Origin: an uncultured Chloroflexia bacterium
Lineage (GTDB): Bacteria > Chloroflexota > Limnocylindria > Limnocylindrales > CSP1-4
Direction of reading: 5' to 3'
Assembly (NCBI GenBank): GCA_963752475.1
Contig: CAVVYR010000008.1
Span: 544,001-608,000, forward strand
Length of the DNA stretch: 64,000 nucleotides
The notes beneath the pieces were generated by a model. It was not told where the DNA came from. It ran no database searches and saw only the letters and a program-made list of their open reading frames with translations. The position numbers and the translations under genes were made by a program. This document shows positions 41,691-49,165 of the stretch, piece after piece. The stretch's first letter is position 1. Each line of letters starts with the position of its first letter.

Positions 41691-42242
41691 TTACTCGGCG
41701 GCGTCCGGCTCCGGGACCTCCGGCACCTCGCTCGGGAAGATGACGCCCTCGAGGCTCAAAGCGGAAGGTTGCAGCACATTGCCCGTTTCGAGGACAACCA
41801 TCGCACTGAGTCCCTCATAGCCATCGCGGCCAGTGGGCGCCACCCATCGCACGGAACGTGGATCCCCGCGCAGATCGGTGAGGTAGCCATTGCCTTCACC
41901 CAGCCAACTGCCGCCGTCGTTGGTCAGCTCGTATGTGTGCGAGTCGATGGCGGTGTCGGAGCCGCCGTCCCAGTGCCAGGTGACGGTGCGCGTCACGGTG
42001 CCATTCAGACGAGGGTCACTCGTGCTCCAGACGCCGGCGACCGCTCCGGTGTTGATCGCGCCTCCCATATCGAGGATGACGAAGTCCCCGCCTACCTCCC
42101 GGCGTTCCCCTCTCATCAAGGCGCTCCCGGTCACCTCAGCAGCCTCCATGTTCGGCTCGTCCTGTGCCGCGACTCCGACCACCGAGCCGGCGAACAGGCC
42201 GAGCGCGAGGATGGAGATGGTGGTGGTCCTGATCGCCCGCAT
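41691..42242 (-). CDS. Secreted 'SDPRL'-family paralog 4 (no riboswitch)
   Basis: TSDPRLNG, LTNDGGSW, GRDGYEGLSA, LEGVIF. Confidence 0.85.
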   Translation of the reverse strand: MRAIRTTTISILALGLFAGSVVGVAAQDEPNMEAAEVTGSALMRGERREVGGDFVILDMGGAINTGAVAGVWSTSDPRLNGTVTRTVTWHWDGGSDTAIDSHTYELTNDGGSWLGEGNGYLTDLRGDPRSVRWVAPTGRDGYEGLSAMVVLETGNVLQPSALSLEGVIFPSEVPEVPEPDAAE

Positions 42243-42374
42243 GGGCAGTCTCCCTGCCCCCCGTGGTGGACGCGTCAAACCAAGCCCCCTCGCGTCCTCA
42301 CCACATAGAGGTCGCCAGACCCTCCAAGCGTTCCATCTTCTTGCGCCGCGGGCAGCCGAGGCGGCGCGATGGGG

Positions 42375-42908
42375 TTACTCGGCGAGCGGCACGGGCACTT
42401 CGGGCGCCGGTGGCGGTTCACCCTCGAAGATGACACCGTCGAACACGGTCTGGCCCTCCTCGACGACATGGGCCACGACACTCCAGCCGTCGTACGCACC
42501 CTCGCCTCGGAGCACACTGGTCACCGGCCAGGGGCGCTGGCGCCCGCTCGCGCGATACCAGGTGTTCGGCTCTTCCTGCCACGCTCCCTCGTCGTTCTCG
42601 ACCCGCATCGTCCCGTTCCAGAGGTTGAACCCCCCGGGGTCCGAGTGCTGGTCCCGGTTCGCGGCCCACGTGTACGTGCCCGAGAAGCGCGGGTCGCTGG
42701 ACTCGATGACGACGCCCGTCTCGATGACACCTCGGTACTCGACCAAGTCGTCGCCGAAGACGAACGTTCCCGGCTCGACGACCGTGTCGACGGTGGCCCT
42801 GGCCTGGAACTCGGTGACTGTCGGCTCCTCGGCTGTGGTCACTCCCGTTCCGACGACCGCCAGCATGAGCACAGACACCGCAGCCGCGAACGGCCTGATG
42901 GCGCGCAT
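42375..42908 (-). CDS. Secreted 'SDPRL'-family paralog 5
   Basis: SSDPRFSG, VENDEGAW, GEGAYDGW, FDGVIFEG. Confidence 0.85.
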   Translation of the reverse strand: MRAIRPFAAAVSVLMLAVVGTGVTTAEEPTVTEFQARATVDTVVEPGTFVFGDDLVEYRGVIETGVVIESSDPRFSGTYTWAANRDQHSDPGGFNLWNGTMRVENDEGAWQEEPNTWYRASGRQRPWPVTSVLRGEGAYDGWSVVAHVVEEGQTVFDGVIFEGEPPPAPEVPVPLAE

Positions 42909-42924
42909 GACATCCTCCTCATCC

Positions 42925-42998
42925 GCGGGCCGGGTTCGCCAGTGGCTCGGCGCGGTCCAGGCGGCCCTGGTGGTAGGCCGTGCGTCGCAGCCTCCCGC
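42925..42998 (-). ncRNA. c-di-GMP-II-like riboswitch, copy 9
   Basis: Full-length conserved unit, 16 nt before ATG. Confidence 0.75.
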
Positions 42999-43054
42999 TA
43001 GGTCCATTGTCTCGCGGGTGTCCATGGGCAGGCAGCCGAGGCGGCGCGATGGGC

Positions 43055-43960
43055 TTACTGGAGGAGCTCCATCACGGTCTCGATCGTGAGGTCGCCCGGC
43101 GTGATGTGGCCACCGGCGAACTCCACCAGCTCGACGTCGTACCCGGCTTCGGCGAGCACGGCCTCGAACGCGGCTGAGTTCTCCGGCGATACTGTCGAGT
43201 CATCCTCCCCGTGGACCAGCCGTACCCGCAGCTCAGGATGCACCCCGACCGCGCCGTAGAGCATCTCCCACAGCTCGGGTTCATGCTCCATCAGGAGGTC
43301 GCGGCCGTACCTGCCCTCGTAGCCCACGAAGGCGTCGTAGGCGCCCGCGACGCCCATGAAGCCATCGACACGGGTCGAGGCGTCGCTGGCCGTGCACTCG
43401 AACTGGGATGGCGGACCACCTGCGGACTCGGCGTACTCGTCCCACACGCGGTCGAAGTCCTCTCCGACGAGCGCGACATGTGCCGGCGGTCCGCCATCCA
43501 GCGACCACCCGGTCAACACCAGCGGCGCCGTCTCGCTGCCGTACTCCGAGCCACGGGCGAAGCGCACGGCGCAGGCCACGGCCTCCACGGCCGCGCGGAC
43601 GACCGTCGGGTCCGCATGGAGCACGACCTCCGACCACTGGAGCGGGGGCGAGCCGGTCACGAAGACGGACACACCCTGCTCGGCCAGTGCCTTCGAATTC
43701 ACCGCCGACCCGCCTACGCTGACGACCATGGGTGCATCCTCGCTCTCGGCAGTGACGTGGACACGGAGCTTCAGCTCGGTCCCCTCACCATCCGGTGAAC
43801 TTCCCGTGGCGTAGACGAGGTCCTTGATGACCGAGACCTCGGCCGGAGAGTCCGATGTCGCACCAGCTGACTCGTCGCCGTCGGTCTGGGCAGCCACGCC
43901 GAGCGGCAGCATGGCCACCGCCACGGCCACCCCCGCCAACACTGCTCGCGGCGTTCGCAT
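43055..43960 (-). CDS. Secreted alpha/beta hydrolase
   Basis: GWSLDG nucleophile elbow, HG.DD, GGH; MRTPR signal. Confidence 0.8.
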   Translation of the reverse strand: MRTPRAVLAGVAVAVAMLPLGVAAQTDGDESAGATSDSPAEVSVIKDLVYATGSSPDGEGTELKLRVHVTAESEDAPMVVSVGGSAVNSKALAEQGVSVFVTGSPPLQWSEVVLHADPTVVRAAVEAVACAVRFARGSEYGSETAPLVLTGWSLDGGPPAHVALVGEDFDRVWDEYAESAGGPPSQFECTASDASTRVDGFMGVAGAYDAFVGYEGRYGRDLLMEHEPELWEMLYGAVGVHPELRVRLVHGEDDSTVSPENSAAFEAVLAEAGYDVELVEFAGGHITPGDLTIETVMELLQ

Positions 43961-43978
43961 GACACTCCCCCTTCATGT

Positions 43979-44053
43979 GCGGGCCGGGTTCGCCAGTGGC
44001 TCAGCGTGGTCCAGGCGGCCAACGTCGAGGAGCCGCGCGTCAGCGCCTCCCGC
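43979..44053 (-). ncRNA. c-di-GMP-II-like riboswitch, copy 10
   Basis: Full-length conserved unit. Confidence 0.73.
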
Positions 44054-44104
44054 TACTGATGATTCTCTCGCGTGCGTCCACCGGCTCGATGGGCACTCGT
44101 CCAG

Positions 44105-44150
44105 AATCGCCATGAATAGCGGGTTATGTCTGGTGGTCGTCACCATGGCC
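44105..44150. repeat. Site B10 (TTATG variant)
   Basis: AATCGCCATGAATAGCGGGTTATGTCTGGTGGTCGTCACCATGGCC. Confidence 0.88.
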
Positions 44151-44229
44151 AATCACGCCGCCGGGCCGTCCGGCCCTTGACCCGCTGAGCGGGGCGCGGA
44201 GGATAGGGTCGCGAGCCAGGAGGGGGAAC

Positions 44230-45492
44230 GTGATGTCCAAGCGAGGCGGGGCCTTGGCGCCGACGCTGCCGCGGATTCTGCTGGCGCTCCTGGCCATGCC
44301 CCTGGCGCTCGCGGCGAGCGCGGGCGCGCCCCACGCCGCCGCTGAGCCCGTGGATGCGATGCCTACGATCACGCTTGTCGAGCAGCGTGTAATCAGAATC
44401 GCGGACAGTCAGTTGCTCTCGCTGTCGCCTGACGGTGGCTCGATCGTCGTCACCCGACCAGCTGGGCCGATGCCAACCGAGCTCTGTATCCACGAGGTGG
44501 CGACGCTCGCCGTGCGCATCTGCGCGGACGTCAGTGACCTCGATGCGGGCCTCTGGCCCGACAGCGTGGTCTGGTCACCCGACAGTGCGTGGCTGGCCTT
44601 CGCCGAGCTGTGGCCCATGTTCTTGGTCGATGGCGACCTGTGGCTCATGGACGCCTCCACTGGTGCGCTCGGCAACTTGCTCGACGATGGCTTCAGCGGC
44701 GCCCTGGGGGAAGCGGCTGCAGGCGAACTCACCTGGAAGGGCGTCATCACGCTGCCGATGTACCCGACGTTCACGCCTGACAGCGCCGCGGTGACGTTCT
44801 CGCGGACCACGGTCCAGGCCGGCGAGTTCAGCGGTGTTGGGGACATCGCAACGCTCCCCATCACCGGTGGCGATGCGGTCACGCTGGGCGGTTCCGAACG
44901 CGAGGAGTTGGTCGGCGAGTATCGCACCATGCAGTGGGCAGCAGACGGATCCGCCCTCTATGTCTCCCTCGTCGACCAGCAGGCTTCAAGGCTCGGACCT
45001 GACAGCGGGATCTGGGTGTTCGAGGCTGATGGAAGGCACGCCCGCCAACTCCTGAGCATCACTGGCCGCGACGACTGGCCGACGCGCATCTTGGCGGTGT
45101 CCCCGCGTGGGGAGCGCCTCCTCGTATCGGACCCGAGGGCGGCCGCGGGCGGCGCCCCGCTATGTGCTTGCTCGGTGGTCGATGGCTCGACCGGAGCCGC
45201 GGAGCCCATCGAGCCGCTGGGATCGGAAGCCCGCCAGTCCACGCCCATCACCGGGGCGATGCTCTCGCCGGATGGGTCGCTGGTGATCACGGTCTCAGGC
45301 CATCTCGAGAAGCAGGTGGCCGTCCGGGAGGTGGCAACGTCGAACGAGACGGTCCTGCTACGGGAGCCGTCTGGGACCGCCCCATCGGACCTCGCGGGCG
45401 AGGTCCTGACCTGGGCCCAGGACGACACGGTGCTGGTCGATGGAGCCAGACGCGGCCGCGGTACGCTGATCGTCCTCGACCGGGGAAGCTAG
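44230..45492 (+). CDS. Secreted TolB/WD40-like beta-propeller protein
   Basis: Signal peptide; LSPDG, WSPDS, FTPDS, LSPDG blades; GGAGG RBS. Confidence 0.8.
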   Translation: MMSKRGGALAPTLPRILLALLAMPLALAASAGAPHAAAEPVDAMPTITLVEQRVIRIADSQLLSLSPDGGSIVVTRPAGPMPTELCIHEVATLAVRICADVSDLDAGLWPDSVVWSPDSAWLAFAELWPMFLVDGDLWLMDASTGALGNLLDDGFSGALGEAAAGELTWKGVITLPMYPTFTPDSAAVTFSRTTVQAGEFSGVGDIATLPITGGDAVTLGGSEREELVGEYRTMQWAADGSALYVSLVDQQASRLGPDSGIWVFEADGRHARQLLSITGRDDWPTRILAVSPRGERLLVSDPRAAAGGAPLCACSVVDGSTGAAEPIEPLGSEARQSTPITGAMLSPDGSLVITVSGHLEKQVAVREVATSNETVLLREPSGTAPSDLAGEVLTWAQDDTVLVDGARRGRGTLIVLDRGS

Positions 45493-45585
45493 GGCAGAGC
45501 CTGGCAGCGACGTCGTCGGGGCCAAGCCTGCGACAAGCCGTGCGGCTGCCAAGAGGCGTCAAGCTCCGCCTAGACGGTCGTGTGG

Positions 45586-45631
45586 GATCGCCATGAATAG
45601 CGGGTTTGGTTTGGTCGTCGCCGCCATGGCG
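45586..45631. repeat. Site B11 (no riboswitch)
   Basis: GATCGCCATGAATAGCGGGTTTGGTTTGGTCGTCGCCGCCATGGCG, between convergent genes. Confidence 0.9.
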
Positions 45632-45660
45632 CAGGCCGCCGAGGCGAAGCGATGGGGCTG

Positions 45661-46860
45661 CTACTCGATGGCCGATGCAGCGTCCGGGGTGATCACGTAG
45701 GTCTCGATGCTGTCCCGGGCCAGGCCGAGCGTCTGGAGCTCGGTCCCATCTTCAAGGGTCACGACGTCCCCATCGGATGTGGATGCGGCCCTGACCCACA
45801 CGTTGCCATCAACGTCGATATCGATCTCCTGGACGCACCGGTCCGTCAGGAAGCGACGCCAGGTCGTGCCATCGAAGCGGCCGAGACCGTCGCAGGAGAC
45901 CAGGTGCGAGCACATGACCCCGCAGGGCTGCTCGGTCTTGAAGGACGCCCACAGACTGCCATCCGGCCCCAGCACGCCAGGGTTCCACCACGCGGACGTC
46001 GTGCCACCGACGGGTAGGGGCACCTCGAGTCGCTGCTTGTCGCCGTTCTCTTTCAAGGAGCGGATGACGATGCTCTCGCCGCCGAGCGCCAGGGTCCGGA
46101 CTGCACCGTCGCTTCCGATGACGAAACCGTATCCTGGCAACCCTGCCACGGGCATCCAGCCATCGTCGGTGAGGCGGCTCACGGCCGTCTTCCGGCGCAG
46201 CCACAGCGCACCGTCCGGGGCCACGTCCCACGACCTGATGTTGTTGGCCTTCGGCTTGTCCGCCGGGTGCTTGGGCAGGCGGGTCCAGGAGTCGCCTTCG
46301 AGACGCAGGAATCGACCGCCGCCCGGGCGATCGGTCTCCCTCAAGGCCCACACGGTGCCATCGGGTTGGAGGCGGAAGTCGAGACCCTCGTACACGTTGC
46401 CCGTGCGCTTGAGCCGCGGCCGCCAAGCGGTACCGTCATGCGAGTAGAGGGTCCAGCGGACGGGCCGGCCTTCCACGGTCCCGTCATGGGCGACGATCCA
46501 CGGCGTGCCATCCGATCCGACCTGGACCGGCCACGGGACGTTCTCCCGCGTCCGCCCGTCCGGGTAGGGAAGCTCCTGCTCTGCACCCAACTCGAGGAGA
46601 TCCCGGTCCCCCATGAGCCACACGCTGCCATCAAGGCCGATGGCCAACTCATCGTTCAGGCCGCTCCTCCCGATCGATCCCGCAAGCTCTCGAACACCGC
46701 CCCCAAGGACCCGTAGGACACCCGGTTCGACCTCCTCGGTCACCAGGCCCGCGAGCAGCCCGCCGGTACCGCTCTGGCCGCTGGCCTCTTGCCCCGCTGC
46801 GGCAGTGCTCGAGGTCAGGACCAAGGCAAGCGTCAACGCCGTCGCGATACGTGCACGCAT
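45661..46860 (-). CDS. Secreted beta-propeller protein (DG.VW repeats)
   Basis: Signal peptide; repeated 'DG(S/T).W' and 'FDG..W'. Confidence 0.8.
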   Translation of the reverse strand: MRARIATALTLALVLTSSTAAAGQEASGQSGTGGLLAGLVTEEVEPGVLRVLGGGVRELAGSIGRSGLNDELAIGLDGSVWLMGDRDLLELGAEQELPYPDGRTRENVPWPVQVGSDGTPWIVAHDGTVEGRPVRWTLYSHDGTAWRPRLKRTGNVYEGLDFRLQPDGTVWALRETDRPGGGRFLRLEGDSWTRLPKHPADKPKANNIRSWDVAPDGALWLRRKTAVSRLTDDGWMPVAGLPGYGFVIGSDGAVRTLALGGESIVIRSLKENGDKQRLEVPLPVGGTTSAWWNPGVLGPDGSLWASFKTEQPCGVMCSHLVSCDGLGRFDGTTWRRFLTDRCVQEIDIDVDGNVWVRAASTSDGDVVTLEDGTELQTLGLARDSIETYVITPDAASAIE

Positions 46861-46877
46861 GACGTCCCCTCTTGCAT

Positions 46878-46953
46878 GCGGGCCGGGTTCGCCAGTGGCT
46901 CGGCGCGGTCCAAGGCGGCCAACGTACACAGGCCGCGTCTCGTAGCCTCCCGC
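46878..46953 (-). ncRNA. c-di-GMP-II-like riboswitch, copy 11
   Basis: Full-length conserved unit. Confidence 0.73.
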
Positions 46954-46992
46954 TACCTACGATTCTCTCGTGGGCGTCGACCGCGATCACAG

Positions 46993-47038
46993 ATCCGCCA
47001 TGAATGGCGGGTTTGGTCTGGTCGTCGCCGCCATGGCG
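46993..47038. repeat. Site B12
   Basis: ATCCGCCATGAATGGCGGGTTTGGTCTGGTCGTCGCCGCCATGGCG. Confidence 0.88.
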
Positions 47039-47064
47039 CCGGCAGGCGAAGCGGCGCATGGGAA

Positions 47065-47097
47065 CCCCGCCCCCGGTCCTCCACGCCGGGGGCGGGG
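47065..47097. terminator. Strong GC hairpin (no U-tract)
   Basis: CCCCGCCCCCGG-9 nt-CCGGGGGCGGGG. Confidence 0.4.
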
Positions 47098-47162
47098 CCT
47101 ACAGGGGGGTGCCTGGTTGACAAGTCCTGAGCGCCGCAGGCAGCCGAATCGGCGCGATGGGG

Positions 47163-47732
47163 TCACTCGGCAGGCGGTCCTGGCAGCGGTGGCAGTCCGC
47201 TCTCGATGATCCAGCCTTCATACTGCTCGTCCCACGGTCCGTCGGGGTCGTGGTCGGGCGCACCTCGCAGCAGGGCGTGCATGTCCTCGTAGGCCCCGTC
47301 ACCCTCCAGAACGTAGTAGCTGTAGTGCCGCTCCGGGTCGGGACCGTAGCCCTGCTTGATGGCCCGCCCGGTGCCATGCCAGCGGCCCTCAGAGCCGTCC
47401 AGCAGGACGTTCATCTCGGTGACCATCACGAAGTAGTCCTCGATGGCCTCCACGTCGACCTCCTCGCCCTCGAGTTCGGGCGGCACGTCACCATAGAGGT
47501 ACCAGGCACCCTCGACCTCGAGCGTCGGCGGCAGGCGCGGGTCGCTCCACTCCACGGTCTGCTCCCACGTGGCGCGGCCCTCGTCCTCGGTCGCGGAGTC
47601 ATTGGTGTCACCGACCGCCGTGCCGGTGACGAAGACGGCGCGGACCGCCTCCTTGTTCATCTGCGCGGCGACCGCGACCGTGGAACCGAAGACCAGCGCC
47701 ACGGCGACGGCGACCACCCATGGCGTACGCAT
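47163..47732 (-). CDS. Secreted 'SDPRL'-family paralog 6
   Basis: EWSDPRLP, GRWHGTG, GDGAYE, YEGWIIE. Confidence 0.85.
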   Translation of the reverse strand: MRTPWVVAVAVALVFGSTVAVAAQMNKEAVRAVFVTGTAVGDTNDSATEDEGRATWEQTVEWSDPRLPPTLEVEGAWYLYGDVPPELEGEEVDVEAIEDYFVMVTEMNVLLDGSEGRWHGTGRAIKQGYGPDPERHYSYYVLEGDGAYEDMHALLRGAPDHDPDGPWDEQYEGWIIESGLPPLPGPPAE

Positions 47733-47750
47733 GACATCCCCCTTCCTTCT

Positions 47751-47824
47751 GCGGGCCGGGTCCGCCAGTGGCTCGGCGCGGTCCAAGCGGCCATGGTGGT
47801 GGGCCGTGCGTCATCGCCTCCCGC
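47751..47824 (-). ncRNA. c-di-GMP-II-like riboswitch, copy 12
   Basis: Full-length unit with GGCGG pseudoknot strand. Confidence 0.75.
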
Positions 47825-47898
47825 TACGTCAGATTCTCCACCTGGCGGCAATCAAGGTCTCCTGACGAGCCGAAGGCAGCCCCGGCGGCGCGATGGGG

Positions 47899-49023
47899 TC
47901 ACTCAGGGAACGTCTGCATCCCTTCGGTCGTGACCGACTCCGGCTGGGCCGGGAACACCATCGGGTCGGTCTCGAAGATGTAGCCCTCGTACGAGTGGTC
48001 GAGTGGTCCGCTGGCATCTGCACCCGGAGTCATACGCAACACGGCCCAGAGTCCGTCGTAGGCGCCCTCGCCGGTCAGTTCGTAGAGGCTGTAGCGGTGG
48101 TCGAGACCCTCGACCGCTCGACCGGTACCCCGCCAACTTCCCTCAGGGCCTTCCAGCAGGTTGCTGGTCGTGACGGCCATCGCGCCCTCCGGAGGCCCCT
48201 GCGCCTCTCGCGGGTCGAGGATGAAGGCGAGGTTCATGTTCATCCAGTGCTGCGATGGCAGGCGCGGGTCGCTCCATTCGATGACTTGCTCGATGACCCC
48301 GTAACTCTCAGCGCCGACCAACCAGCCCCCCACCTCGTGGGGTGGTCCTTCGACGATGGTGTTCGCCCCCGGGTGGTCGTACTGCTCGACCACGGTCCCG
48401 GTGACGAAGGTGACGGGAGCCGGTTCCTCGTCCTGCTCGGCCAGAGTCGCGGACAGAGGCAGCTCGATGGGGTCAGGCATCGGCGGCACCTCGCTCTCGA
48501 AGACGTAGCCGTCGTAGATGCTCGTGACGTGGCCGTCAGCATCGATGACCGGGTTGCCGCCAGCATCCACCACGAGCGACCCTTCGAGCATCGCCCAGAG
48601 ACCTTCGTACGCACCGCTGCCGGTGAGGACATACAGCCCGACCGACGACTCCGGGTCCACGAGCGAGTACTCCGTCCCGGCCCAGTCACCCTCCTCGCCG
48701 ACCAGCCGGACGGCGACGGCGAATGCTCCGACAGCGCCGTCTTCGAGTTCGTGCCAGTTGGCGTTGGTGTCGTACAAGAACCGCGACGGCAGACGCGGGT
48801 CACTCCACTCGACGGTGCGCTCGGTCAGCACGCCGCGCGAGTAGTGCACGTCACCGTCCTCCCACTCTACGGGTTCCGAAGTCATGGACGTGCTCAGCTG
48901 TGTGCCGGTGACGTGGGTCGCAGACGGCGCTTCGCCATCGTCCTGAGCCGTGACGAGCACGGCCAGACCGCCGACCAAGGCGAGCACGACCATCCCGGAC
49001 AGGGTATGCAGCAACGTTCGCAT
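47899..49023 (-). CDS. Secreted 'SDPRL'-family paralog 7 (two tandem domains)
   Basis: EWSDPRLP and G.GAY.GLWA each occur twice. Confidence 0.88.
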   Translation of the reverse strand: MRTLLHTLSGMVVLALVGGLAVLVTAQDDGEAPSATHVTGTQLSTSMTSEPVEWEDGDVHYSRGVLTERTVEWSDPRLPSRFLYDTNANWHELEDGAVGAFAVAVRLVGEEGDWAGTEYSLVDPESSVGLYVLTGSGAYEGLWAMLEGSLVVDAGGNPVIDADGHVTSIYDGYVFESEVPPMPDPIELPLSATLAEQDEEPAPVTFVTGTVVEQYDHPGANTIVEGPPHEVGGWLVGAESYGVIEQVIEWSDPRLPSQHWMNMNLAFILDPREAQGPPEGAMAVTTSNLLEGPEGSWRGTGRAVEGLDHRYSLYELTGEGAYDGLWAVLRMTPGADASGPLDHSYEGYIFETDPMVFPAQPESVTTEGMQTFPE

Positions 49024-49040
49024 GAGGTCCCCTCGCTTGA

Positions 49041-49115
49041 GCGGGTCGGGTTCGCCAGTGGCTCGGCGCGGTCCGGGCGGCCATGATCGAGGAGTCGCGC
49101 TTCATCGCTTCCCGC
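49041..49115 (-). ncRNA. c-di-GMP-II-like riboswitch, copy 13 (A/C/A pocket variant)
   Basis: GCGGGAAGCGAUGAA...GGCGAACCCGACCCGC; closest to the canonical consensus. Confidence 0.78.
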
Positions 49116-49165
49116 AACACCGATTCTCTCGCGGACGTCCAACCGCTCGAAGTCGGCTCGACGGG

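Noticed and set aside
35584-47786. Extended N-termini in the ORF track ('DRAEPLANPAR', 'WTAPSHWRTRP')
   Set aside because: These are translations of the riboswitch repeat in different frames; the true starts follow the RBS downstream.
31663-49023. Diversity-generating retroelement behind the paralogs
   Set aside because: No reverse transcriptase, and no near-identical TR/VR pair differing only at adenines was seen.
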